Positions 48,120 through 58,430 are shown, numbered from the whole stretch's first letter. The stretch: DNA of 58,430 nucleotides, filler included, from Circinaria calcarea (GCA_051942165.1; 8 parts of 8 records of this genome joined end to end with filler, not necessarily neighbours in it); one strand, 5' to 3'. A program made the numbers and translations. The notes: generated by a model not told the origin, from the sequence alone.

Positions 48120-50249
48120 ATGCCAGTCGTAGCCCACAACTCCAAGCGCTCCCTTGCGGAAGCAGATCCCAACGCGGAGAAGGCTCCTCAGAAGAGAACT
48201 TCCGCACGCGTGAGCGCAAAGACTCGTGGAAAAGAAAACGCCGCGACAGAAATTGCGGAGTCAAAAGGAAAGGAAAATGGGAAGACTACGACTGCCGCGA
48301 AACCGAAGCCGAAGCCGAAATCCGAGGGGAGAAAGAAACCTCCGATGCTCATCGCAAAGAGTGGTGCTGACGCGTATAACATTCTGAAGCAGGCAAAAGA
48401 AAAAGAGAAGGCCGAAAAAGCCGAAATCAAAGAGAGAGAGAAGGTCGAGAAGGCTGAGCGTAAGGAGAAGGAGAAAGTTGAAAAGGCAGAACAAAAGCAG
48501 AGAGAGAAAGTCGAAATCAAAGAGAGAGAGAAAGTCGAGAAGGCCGAGCGTAAGGAGAAGGAAAAAGTTGAAAAGGCAGAACAGAAGGAGAGAGAGAAAG
48601 CCGAAAAGGCTGAGGCGAAGAAAAGGGAGAAGACGGACAAGGCAAAGTCCAATGGGACGGTGACTGCATCGAGTGCCGATAGCGCGCATCAAGCTCCTAT
48701 AAAGGCCAAGAAAGTCACAGCAAAGCCCAAGACTGGCAAGCCGGCTGCAAGCGAGATCAGAGAGAAAATGACTCCGCTGAGTGCAGAGTTGACCGCTGAG
48801 ATTCAAAAACAAATTGCAGCGGTTGCCGGCCAGGAGACAAACGAGGGGGAATATCCGGCGAAAGGAACAAATAAGAGGCCGGCTGCTAACAAGCAAGACG
48901 CTTCCAAAGAATCAGGAGAACTGCCAGTTGCGAAGGAAGGTGGAAAAAACACTCAATCAGGGAACAAGGAGGGAGTTGAATGTTCAGTAGGCTTATGTAC
49001 CGACTTGTTTGCTTCAATAACCGCTAACAATGGTAGAATGCAAACTGTAGTAACCTAGTATCAGGCTCTACTACCGGAGCATCTAAGACTTCCAAGCACT
49101 CCAATAAAGCTCAAGGTTCAATTCAATGGGTTTGTGGATGCCGCCCGATCTTCGACGTCGAAGCCCAATACGAAGATAGTGAAGATGAAGAAGCTGCAGA
49201 GCAAGCAGATACATGCGGCAGTAAGAGATGTATATGCGATCAAGCTGCCGACGACCACCCCGGCCATACATGGGTTTTCACAAAGGCGGGCAAGGCAGCG
49301 TTCGCAAAGTGGTTTGAAGAGCAAATGAAGAGAGACCAGGACGAGCATGGCTTGTACATTTACAACGATTTCAGTGGGTACGGTGCCACGGAGGTAATGG
49401 AAAATCAGGTACGTAGGCCGCCGCCTTTGTTGAGGAACTCGCAACTAACGGCAACCGCTAGCTGGTGGAATTCGATAAAGAGTTCAAGAAGAAGACCAAG
49501 TCTGCGATCACACTGTGGTCGCAAATGGAAGGCATCTCGCTTTTCTTGAATGGTGACATGCAAGCCTGGTGTAGTAAGTACCAACGCTTGCTGGGTATCC
49601 AATCATTATGACTAACGCATCGACCAAGTGTGTGATGATTCTGAGCGTAACACTAAAGTCGCGGCGTTAATCGGAACCGCTCTACTCAGCACTATCAATA
49701 CACTGATCCAGGAAGACCTCTTCAAAGAAGGCAGCACCATCAGAAATCTTGGGCTCATTCTATCCCTGTTCATCAAGTTCGCCGAAGAAACTTGTAGCGA
49801 TCTGTGCGAGAAGGGTGAAAGTGACTGGACGAAGCGAGTCGTACTGATGGCTCAGGATCACGGAGTGGAGATCAAGGGACCGTATGGGATAGAAGAGCAA
49901 TTGCAGAACATCAGAAAAAAGATTACAGGCGACCAGGACGATGGAGAGGACACGGAAGACGAATGGGAAGACATAGAAGAATCAGATGGCGAAGATGGAC
50001 ATTGTAAATGGGGCAAATGGAATTGGAAGAAAGAGGTAAGTCTCCTTGTCTAAAGTCTCTACGGCATGTTGCTAACATGTGTCTCAGTTCGCTGCCTACT
50101 CTCGAGAGTATGCTGACAGGTTAACTGGAAAAATCGGCGGTAAGCATTACGATATCACAAAGATGTCAAAGCAGGTGCAGAAGATGTCAAAGCAGGCGCA
50201 GAAGATGTCAAAGCAGGTGCAGAAGAAACACAAGCTTGGTAAGAGGTGA
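48120..50249 (+). CDS. Hypothetical protein with K/E-rich repeat N-terminus, Cys/His cluster and globular C-terminal region; spliced
   Basis: Exons linked by GT-AG introns. Blocks WVCGCRP...CGSKRCICD...HPGHTW, KRDQDEHGLYIYNDFSGYG and IGGKHYDITKMS. Confidence 0.75.
48423..48602 (+). repeat. In-frame 90-bp (30-aa) tandem duplication
   Basis: EIKEREKVEKAERKEKEKVEKAEQK[Q/E]REK[V/A] twice. Confidence 0.9.
50160..50225 (+). repeat. In-frame 21-bp tandem repeat x3
   Basis: AAGATGTCAAAGCAGG[T/C]GCAG three times (KMSKQ[V/A]Q). Confidence 0.9.
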
Positions 50250-50877
50250 GGAAAAGACCGAACCATTTCCAAGGTGCGGTCCTTGGATAGAGATGTGAAC
50301 TAGGGCCTTGGTTGACGAAAACGAATTTCCTCCTCCGCCAATCCTCCACTCAATAATGCCGCAATTCCTTCTATGACTGTAGATACCACTGTTGAGGTTG
50401 TGCAAGATGGGAGTGGTACGCATAATATAACATAGTGCCAGTTGTCTGAAGCTATGCAACTTGAAAGGACTTCATACCAAGTTCTTCGAAATTGCTGAAG
50501 CTTGCCCACGAACCTGTAGCTCCACTTTAACGCTGATGCTTGAACAGCTCTGAATGATAGATATTGTGTCAAAACGTAATACTATCCAATCTCACAAGGG
50601 ACGTGGATACCGACCGTACGCAATTCCAGGACCGAAGTGGATGCCTCATTTAAGGTACGGTAGGAATCAACTTATGGCATGTGGGCCCCCCAGCCCTATA
50701 CGTATTGAAGAGCCGACCTTATGCCAATCGATTTTGACCCTCTGCCAACAAACACCAACCAGCCTTTCACACACCCGCAACCTCCTCCGACCCCAAATCT
50801 CCATTTCACCCCCATCGTCCACCCACCAACCCTCACAAACCACCTCCACCAAAAAGCTTCGTCCTTCCCACACACCC

Positions 50878-51133
50878 ATGACCTCCCGTCCCCCACCCTC
50901 TCACGCCCTCTTCCATAGCACCCTCAGCCGCCGCCCCGACGTCAACCGTACCGCTAGCCTCTCGACCTCGACCTCTGCTACGACCTTATACGACGGCAGG
51001 CCCCTGTCGCCCGCGGAGAATGACACGTCGGCGAACGCCGAGATTGTGGTCAGGGACCGGGATGGCAATTATAGTGTGGGATTTGAGATTCCTCCGCTTG
51101 GGGGCAAGGACGTGAAGGGGGATGGGGAAGATG
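50878..51133 (+). CDS. Hypothetical protein, 5' fragment truncated by contig end
   Basis: ATG in ACCCATG context after a C-rich leader; frame is open to the linker (MTSRPPPSHALFHSTLSRRP...EIVVRDRDGNY). Confidence 0.55.
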
Positions 51134-51233
51134 NNNNNNNNNNNNNNNNNNNNNNNNNNNNNNNNNNNNNNNNNNNNTTAATTAATTAANNNNNNNNNNN
51201 NNNNNNNNNNNNNNNNNNNNNNNNNNNNNNNNN
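51134..51233. other. Artificial contig linker
   Basis: N44-TTAATTAATTAA-N44. Confidence 0.98.
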
Positions 51234-51560
51234 TTATAAATATTTATAATTTACGGCCTATATTTCCCGCGAGAATAACGTATTTAATAAATAATTATAT
51301 TATATTAAAAATATATTTTATAATTCACGAAATTATAAAAATAAAAAATTTATTTAAATTTTTTTTAAAAACTCGCGAATTTTTTATTACGGCGGATATC
51401 GCAGAATAAATAATTTTAAAATAAATTTAAATATAAAATAAATTTTTATTATCGATTAAAAAACTTTATTTTATATTTAAAAAAAATTAGATTTTTTAAA
51501 AACTTTCGCGGGCAACGCGGAAAAAATAATAATAAAAATTTTATCTTTGGAATTAATCGT
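51234..51560. repeat. AT-rich, heavily RIP-mutated repeat relic
   Basis: Extremely AT-rich and TpA-rich, with CpA/TpG nearly absent while CpG/CGCG islets survive. Confidence 0.8.
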
Positions 51561-52059
51561 CCAGAGGGTTTAATAGTGCATCAGAGTTCTTTTTATGCTA
51601 TGGGCTTATTTATTACGATGCTAAATCTCCGATCATTTCCTCCCCCTTTAAAAATCGAACGCCAAAAGTATGAATCTCGGGAAGGGTTTGGATTTTCTCG
51701 GTTATGAGCTCAATGGTGTGAAATATCAGCAATGCTTGTGCCGTTGAATTCGCGAATGAAGTTCTTACTCGCCTCGACCGCCATGACCGCCTATAGGACA
51801 GAAGAACAGGCCGCCGGAGTATTCTGTAGAGATAAGAATGTTTATTGGAATCTTTTCCGAAATCAGACTCAAATTCCTCGCTCCTGTCGCAGCAACCCCT
51901 CAATATTCTGATGTAGATCATGGAGTCAAAAGCCTTTATCACAGTCTCGGAACAAAGACCTAGCTGGAAATGTCCGAGGCCGGGTCAAAGGAAATCGATG
52001 GCCACTTCTATTCCGAAGAAAATCCTTCCCTTCATCGGTTCAGTAGAAAGAATACGCTA

Positions 52060-52906
52060 TCAACTCGACGTGAACCGAGACTTGGGTCGGGTTCGATGTC
52101 TGACTTCAAGAACAAGTAGAAACTCATGGCCATCGTGTAAATCACCAAGAGGCCAGTCTACCATATCTCGCACCCATGCCAGGGCTTCAAGCGGTTCGGT
52201 ATGATCGACCCAAAAGCCAGTATCAACACTTGACACAAGCCCGCTGGCATTCTCTGGGTCAAAGAGACTGCCGCGGAGTTTAGCATCTTTAATATAGCGT
52301 ATTAGGGACGCTTTCATGATCCCTTTCGCATATTCTTCAATAAAGTCAAGTCGAATAGTGTCGATAGAGCCTGTAATATTCAGTGTTGGATTCACAACTG
52401 AAATTCTTATACACTTACTTCCAAATGCTTTGACAGCAGCCACGCAGGCGGCCGGATGAGAGCTCATAAGGCCCTAAATATCATCGCCATCATGCCTGAG
52501 CTGATTCAAGAGACCCATTGCAAGTCTTCGCTCTCGATGGTCTTGATGTACTACGAGTTGAGTAACCCAACATACGATTTTGTTGTTGTATGCCCAGCGG
52601 CAAGCGAACGCGTTACCGGCAAGGTGGCCGTCGACTGTGACCCTCACATATGAGCATTCGGTGTCATCGGGTAGGTATTCCGCTCGAAGTCTTCTCTTGT
52701 TGAGTCGTACATAACTACCTTGTATATTTCAGCAGGCAAACAATATCGATAGGAGCTAACTTACCAGCCTTTGCAAACTCGCCTACCAATTGGGCAGCGT
52801 GCTCTCCCCAAACGCCGTAGTGCTCACTGAAAAGCTGTGAGGCTTCCTGAAGCATGCTCCCCGTAACCTGACTTCCATCCCATCTTTCAAATACTTGCTT
52901 CTCCAT
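52060..52906 (-). pseudogene. GNAT-fold acetyltransferase-like gene with an in-frame TAG
   Basis: MEKQVF...ASQLFSEHYGVW, intron, ...CWVTQLVVHQDHRERRLA...DDI*GLMSSHPAAC...VDTGFWVDHTEP...WPLGDLHDGHEF. TAG at 52476-52474. Confidence 0.75.
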
Positions 52907-53107
52907 GTTCAAGTGCCCATTTCGTGCGCGTCTTCAGCCAACAGTGTATCAGGTCGTGTAGAGAATGCGGCGAATCCGGATAGAAGAAGAATTATTTAAT
53001 CGTGATACACGCTAACAGTTTGAGGGCAATTTTAGCGTAGCGATCAGGAGATTAACGCATTGAGGTGTGTGGTTGTATCAGGATATCGCTTCTCGACCGA
53101 CAGTGGC

Positions 53108-54412
53108 TGGCGGCGCGAAAAAAAAGTGATCCCGCAACAGCCCCGCACCCACCCTCCCGCCCACACGAAACGTTCAAGCCCACACAAAACGATTACAATT
53201 GCAATGCCTCGGGCGCCCAAAACTCCTCCGCCAAAGGAGCCTCATAAGCATTATGATACAGTCAAGCGAGCAAGCATAATAGCAGTGAAAAAGGCCTTTA
53301 ATGATCACGGAATCCCATACCCAATCAAAGATCTTCTCGCAGATCACGGAGTCAAAGAAGCACCTGGAAAGAGAATTCTTCGGAGTAGCCGCGCACGTAC
53401 ATTTCACAATGATCCTGATCATGAAGAGACTCGAGGACGAAAGAAAGCAATCCCAAACAAAACAGCAAAGGCAATGGAGGATTACATTGAGGAGGCTGAA
53501 TATGCCGAGGATCGGGCCTTATCGAATCAAGAGATTGAAAAAGACTTTGGTTTTGTTGGACAAGATCATGTTCATTGGCAAACTATTCGCACAGCTCTAC
53601 GAGGACAAAATGAGTTCAAATGTATTGCTTGTCAAGCAGGATATCTACCTCCAGCCAATTATGAAAGAAGAGTTGTTTTTGCTCGAGAAATGATATTTAT
53701 CAGGCCCTGGAAGCGAGACTGGGAGATTATTCGATTTAGTAATGAGGTTCACTTTGGAGCAGGTCCTCATAAGAAATTAATAATCTTTCGGAAACCTAGA
53801 ACACGCACGGATCCTTCATATATTAATTATAAGAAAGCTCCCAAACCATCAGATAAGAAACGTTTTCATGCTTGGGCTATAGTTGGTTGGAACTATAAGT
53901 CAGAGCTTGTGCTCTATGAGATTCCAGGCAATAAGAATGGGAAAATGTCACAAGATGTTTATATTCAGAAGATCTTGGAGCCTGTCATTAAACTATTATT
54001 TGATGAGGATTCTCAGCTTATTCTGGAGGAAGATGGTGACAGTGGACATGGCTCTCAGTCAGTCAACAGCAGGGCAGTAAAATGGAAGCGAGATCACAGT
54101 GTTAAACATTACTTCAATCGTCCAAAATCACCAGATCTTGCAATTATTGAGAATTGTTGGCAACCGGTAAAGAGCTGGATTGATAAGAGCGACCATTGGG
54201 ACGATGACACGCTCCTGGACCGGATCAAGGAAGGCTGGAGGGACCATGTGCCTCAAGGTTGGATTAATTATCTTGTTTATACTATGCCTGACCGTCTTCA
54301 CGACGTGATTGATTTAAAAGGCCAAATGACAGCGTAGTAATAAGGCATTATCTATTGTGTTGTGTGCGGGGCCGTAGTTGGGGTTGCGGATCCACTTTTT
54401 TTCGCGCCGCGA
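53108..54412 (+). mobile_element. IS630-Tc1-mariner superfamily DNA transposon (~1.3 kb)
   Basis: Imperfect TIRs T[G/C]GCGGCGCGAAAAAAA(A)GTG..CCGCAAC..GCCCCGCAC at both ends. TA lies outside the right end only. Single transposase ORF. Confidence 0.85.
53204..54337 (+). CDS. Tc1-like DDE transposase, first catalytic Asp replaced by Asn
   Basis: RGRKK, RFSNEVHF (normally FSDE), LEEDGDSGHG, SPDLAIIENCW and MPDRL. Confidence 0.88.
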   Translation: MPRAPKTPPPKEPHKHYDTVKRASIIAVKKAFNDHGIPYPIKDLLADHGVKEAPGKRILRSSRARTFHNDPDHEETRGRKKAIPNKTAKAMEDYIEEAEYAEDRALSNQEIEKDFGFVGQDHVHWQTIRTALRGQNEFKCIACQAGYLPPANYERRVVFAREMIFIRPWKRDWEIIRFSNEVHFGAGPHKKLIIFRKPRTRTDPSYINYKKAPKPSDKKRFHAWAIVGWNYKSELVLYEIPGNKNGKMSQDVYIQKILEPVIKLLFDEDSQLILEEDGDSGHGSQSVNSRAVKWKRDHSVKHYFNRPKSPDLAIIENCWQPVKSWIDKSDHWDDDTLLDRIKEGWRDHVPQGWINYLVYTMPDRLHDVIDLKGQMTA

Positions 54413-54853
54413 TAGTGGGAGGATTGCAGATCGCGGGCACTAATAAGTTAAGCATATAATATCAAATGAGGCTGAACATGAGGGCTACAGTACAGAATGA
54501 TAAGGAAACGTCTTCAAGCTCAACACCTTTTGATATTGAGATGATACTACCTCCAGCATTTCGCTCCAAGACTTTAAATCATGAATTTGTGAAATACAGA
54601 GCCCAATATAGCGGAATACGACCGAGGAGACAATAAGAACTTCAATCGGAGACTCGGCAAATGACCCGTGGCGCCAGACTCTAAATCCTCCCACTCGTGA
54701 CTCGAATATCATCGGTCGAGGTATCATTAGCGTGGATCAGGACTAGATAATTGTTTAAGAATCCCCGAAGTTTTGAATTTCAGGTTCAACACGCGCTTAA
54801 ACTACCTTTAAATTTTTAGGTACGAGGACTTTTTCGTTCAACCTCGTGCCTCC

Positions 54854-55154
54854 GCTCTTCGGCGAAGAAATACTATCCGTAGAGTATTCTACGTAAGAGG
54901 CCGAATTTGACCCGTCCCGTAACACCATCACGATAATCAACTCTACTCTTCCTATATCAACTAATACTCAGTCATTTCAATGATGGAAGAGGGATATAAC
55001 TAATGCCCAGCACGACGTCGTGCACGTTCTATACGCTTTATCATGGCCATAATTAAGGCATAGCGACGTAGGCGGTAGGGTGTTGATTATCGTGACGGTA
55101 TTGTGGTGTTGCGGGGCGGGTCAAATTCGGCCTCTTATTTCTTCGCCGAAGAGC
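54854..55154. mobile_element. ~300-bp foldback/MITE-like inverted repeat
   Basis: Arm GCTCTTCGGCGAAGAAATA..AGAGGCCGAATTTGACCCG..TCACGATAATCAAC (54854-54941) has an inverted copy at 55082-55154. TCC flanks both ends, and the central palindrome is GCACGACGTCGTGC. Confidence 0.8.
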
Positions 55155-55459
55155 TCCGTACGCTGAAGGATCCCGATCGCATCATCGCACATAAAGTAGT
55201 ATCCCGCAGGAAAGCAGTTTATAGGATTTATATATGGGTTTGGGGAGTTGTATTAAAAATGCGCAATCCGGAGGTCCATGGCTCTATTTACCAAAGGGAG
55301 ACGCCCTCGACCTTTCTCTATGTTGTACATACAAGCTCTAGACCCGACACGTGACTAGTGTAGTCCTGATTGTAGCACATGCGTAAATGCACTGTATGTC
55401 TCACCCTTGCCAATTGGCTGCAGAGGCGGTAGGTACTTCTCGTAATGAACTTAGTTGCC

Positions 55460-58426
55460 TTAATTCGGGCCTTCGATCTTTATATTTCCCGGCAATACCC
55501 AACCTGCCGTTGACTCTATTTTGAACCGCACAGAATCGAACAAATATGTGCCAACGCCAGGTATTAGAAACTACGGCATTTTACCATTAATTATTTCCAT
55601 AACATGATCAAAGGCTGCTCTGCTCCCATTCAAATTTCTAAGTTGGAAACGTATGAAGCAAATAAACAGATAAACCAGACCGCAAGTGAAAACCTCCTCT
55701 TCGCGAGGATTATACATCCTATTCCAAAACAAGGCGTCGCTCCAGCAGTCTTCAGCTTGAGATAATGGGGAGATCCGTGCCCGGGCGATGAGTGCACGTA
55801 TATGACCTAGTTTGTCGACGATATCGGGTTCGGTTAATCTGCTGTAGATACCCAAAATTTCCGTGATCAGAATGCCTGCGATGTCCAATCGATATTGTTT
55901 GATTTTGATCTCAATTAAGGCAAGAAGCAAGCGTCGGAACCCCTTTGTTTGCTGGCCACACGCTTTCAGGCGCTCAATTTCCGGCTTTATCATCTTTTCG
56001 GCGTTGTCTAGAAATGGAATCTCCTTTATTACGCATGCGTTTGAGTTGTTGGAGTTGGATCTTTTGTATTGCAAGTAGTCTAGCTCGCTGAAAAGATCCG
56101 CAAGATTAGCCTTCATAAGAACTCGCTTAGATTCACGGAGTTCATTCGTTGCGAGACATCTTTCAAAATATTGCTTTGCTTTGTTGAAATAGCCTTGTCC
56201 TTTGAACGTCCGGCCTGCGACGTATACTTGATCCCAAACCACATCCATATCTCTCTGCGTATGGTTCGCGGGTGGCTTCCATTTCTGTGCTTCGTTGTGT
56301 GCTTGGCAGAATTCGAAGTTGTAGGCATGATTGGTAGCCTGAGAAAGGTGCAGGAGTCCCAACACAGAGTGTGATCTTAAGTCCGGCTCAGCGCTTGAAC
56401 GGCTGAGGATTCCTTGAATTTGACGTTTTGAACTACAGATATCACCTCTCAGGCGTAGCAAAACACTCTGGCGGTGAACGATCTCAGCCTGCAGAGATAT
56501 GTTTCTTGAATCTCTCATCGCCGTGGAGGCCATTGAGAGTAAACGTTGTCTCTTTCCTAGCGTCCCAAATCTTGAGGCTGCTAGCAAGGTTTCCACAACA
56601 TCGTTGCCATAAGGCATCTCCAGGCCTGTTTCTGAGTATTCTCGCAGAATATATTCAAGAAGGGCTAGCAGCTTCTTTTCCTTTGTTTCAGGTCTTAAAC
56701 AAGAGGTAAGTGATGTGGTCAGTGGAAGGGACGGCAGTAAAACCCACAGTGAATGTTCTATTTGGCTGCGGTTGGAAGCGTAGCAAAGCAATTCAAAGGC
56801 TTAATGGATCCAGTATGATTTGTTCTGAGCGTACAACAATTGGGCTGACTCCCATCCACATACATAGATTTCCATACCATCCAATTCTACCATACCAATT
56901 ACCGAAAGTGAAATGAGTTGATCGATGGCTGGCAACAATCTCTTCCCGTCCGAGAGAAAATCTTTGACTTGCGCGTGGAGACTAACATTTTGTGGTATGG
57001 TTTCGTATATAACGCCAAGTCCATTCCAACGCTGTTGAGAAATTGCCCGCTCAAGCATGAACTTTGGGATGCGACCACCCATGGCGTAGAGTAGCGGTGT
57101 TATGAATCTTTCCGGTGATACAGTCGTGGTTCTGTGTTCGCTCTCTTGAGTGCACAAGGGGCTCGGGTTTAACGCCTTAGTCGTGGGATAGGAATTGGAT
57201 GCTAGAGTCAGGTATTAGGCACAACTTTAATGAAGACTGATTGATTTCACCTGAAGTCGGAGGCCCACCACTGCTTAGGAAGGAGCTTGGCGTCGAGACC
57301 ACGATATTTAGAGGGGTATGCTCGGAAGCGGCATGAACTTTATATATACTTTCGGCTGACGTTGGCACATGACCTGGGGTGTAATTAAGGGCAGCGCATA
57401 TTTCATCAATTCTAGCTCGTCAGCATTGCCTTTGTCAACGAACCGGAATCCATACGTAGGTTTGTTGGCCGATATGCTACACTCATCAAGCAGAGATTGG
57501 ATAAGACCAGGAATGGTGTATTCAGATCTTAAAGAGTCGCTGTAATCATGTCTTACAAAATCGTCTGTTTTGAGATGTTCAAGAATTGATTGTGACTGTT
57601 CATTGTTGTGGATGTATTTAAGGTAGGTGAGAGATAGCGGTTCTGTGAAAGATATGAGTTCAACTACGCAAATCAGGAGCTGGGAGAAAAAACCAATGAA
57701 AAAAAGTTCTGTGGCCCGATGAACCGTCCAACCGTGGCTGACCAGGCCAGCAATAACGCCATTCACCCACGCGGCACTGTTAAGTAGCCTTCTACGGTCA
57801 ATCTCCCGGCCCTCGATAGGTTGGATTATCCGATCAACAGTTTCGTAACATACGCCCCTTTTCCTGAGAATTTCGCAGTATGACAGCAAGATGATGGTTC
57901 GGAAAGTGGCGAACGATCTCTGGAGTTTAGCGTTTGTAAGGGAACATTTCGTGGGCAACGTAAATCTTTCCGCCAAATCGACGAGTTCGTTCTCTGAATG
58001 TCTATCTCCTTGCAATGGCTTTCTTTCAGATACGGCGTTGGTGCGACCAGTCAAAGCTCTGATGACCTCCTCGTACTACTCTACAGTATTCAATCCAAGC
58101 CCGATCTGTCTCTTGCGCCACTCAATAGCCTTTGGAGCATTCCGCAGAAACCAATCCGCGGCCTCGTCCTTTCGTAACACTCCTTTAAGTGCTTTACACT
58201 AAGAAACATTCGATGGTCGGAATAGGGCTTGTGATCTAAGGTTCCGTGATAGTTGTAACAACTGCTATCGTTCAGGCTGCTGCCGTTCGCGTTTGGGTTG
58301 CTGTGACGAGCGCGATAAGTTTTGCAATTGCTTGCGGATAGTGAAATCAGGGTAACATTCGCAGTGCTGGTGTAGACATTTGAACAGACTTTCCGAGACG
58401 ATCACGAACTCATCGTCTCCCTCCAT
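55460..58426 (-). pseudogene. Large helical/TPR-like protein gene with several premature stops
   Basis: Frames continue across stops TVE*YEE (58078-58076), WIH*AFE (56803-56801) and KMP*FLIPGVGTY (55573-55571). TPR-like helices (AGRTFKGQGYFNKAKQYFERCL). GT-AG introns. Confidence 0.7.
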
Positions 58427-58430
58427 TCAA

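Noticed and set aside
54340..55460. Fanzor/TnpB-like RNA-guided nuclease module beside the Tc1-like transposase
   Set aside because: There is no RuvC-like or zinc-finger ORF in or near the element, and the right TIR closes within ~75 bp of the transposase stop.
55460..58426. Alternative genetic code (TAA/TAG = Gln, as in ciliates and some ulvophyte algae) explaining the in-frame stops
   Set aside because: Introns are fungal-type, the transposase on the same contig ends at TAG-TAA-TAA right after its conserved C-terminus, most Gln codons remain CAA/CAG, and an adjacent RIP tract gives a simpler explanation.

Overview
Fragmented nuclear DNA of a filamentous ascomycete (Pezizomycotina; short GT-AG introns with CTRAC/CTRAT branch sites; a lichen-forming fungus is plausible but not provable). 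The window is not one locus. It is eight ~7.2 kb contigs in non-increasing length order, joined by artificial 100-nt N44-TTAATTAATTAA-N44 linkers, so gene neighbourhoods are real only within a contig. Contig 1: carotenoid cluster carX<-/carRA->/carB->. Contig 2: SLS1-like, RAD51 paralogue, NT-C2 protein, TAD1. Contig 3: CTP synthase, methyltransferase-like protein, OMA1 and a small hAT-like MITE. Contig 4: a disordered protein with ABBA-KEN-D-box motifs (candidate Acm1-type APC/C inhibitor) and a secreted Cys-rich precursor. Contig 5: VPS52, a 4 x ~250 bp tandem array and a secreted alpha-carbonic anhydrase. Contig 6: PAP2 phosphatase, VPS29, phosphatidylserine decarboxylase. Contig 7: DUF3602-like, RTA1-like and K/E-rich proteins. 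Contig 8: a RIP-affected accessory region with an AT-rich tract, a GNAT pseudogene, a Tc1-like transposon, a foldback element and a TPR-like pseudogene. Spliced CDS spans were deduced by eye and family calls rest on motif recognition without database searches. No rRNA, tRNA or CRISPR array was found.
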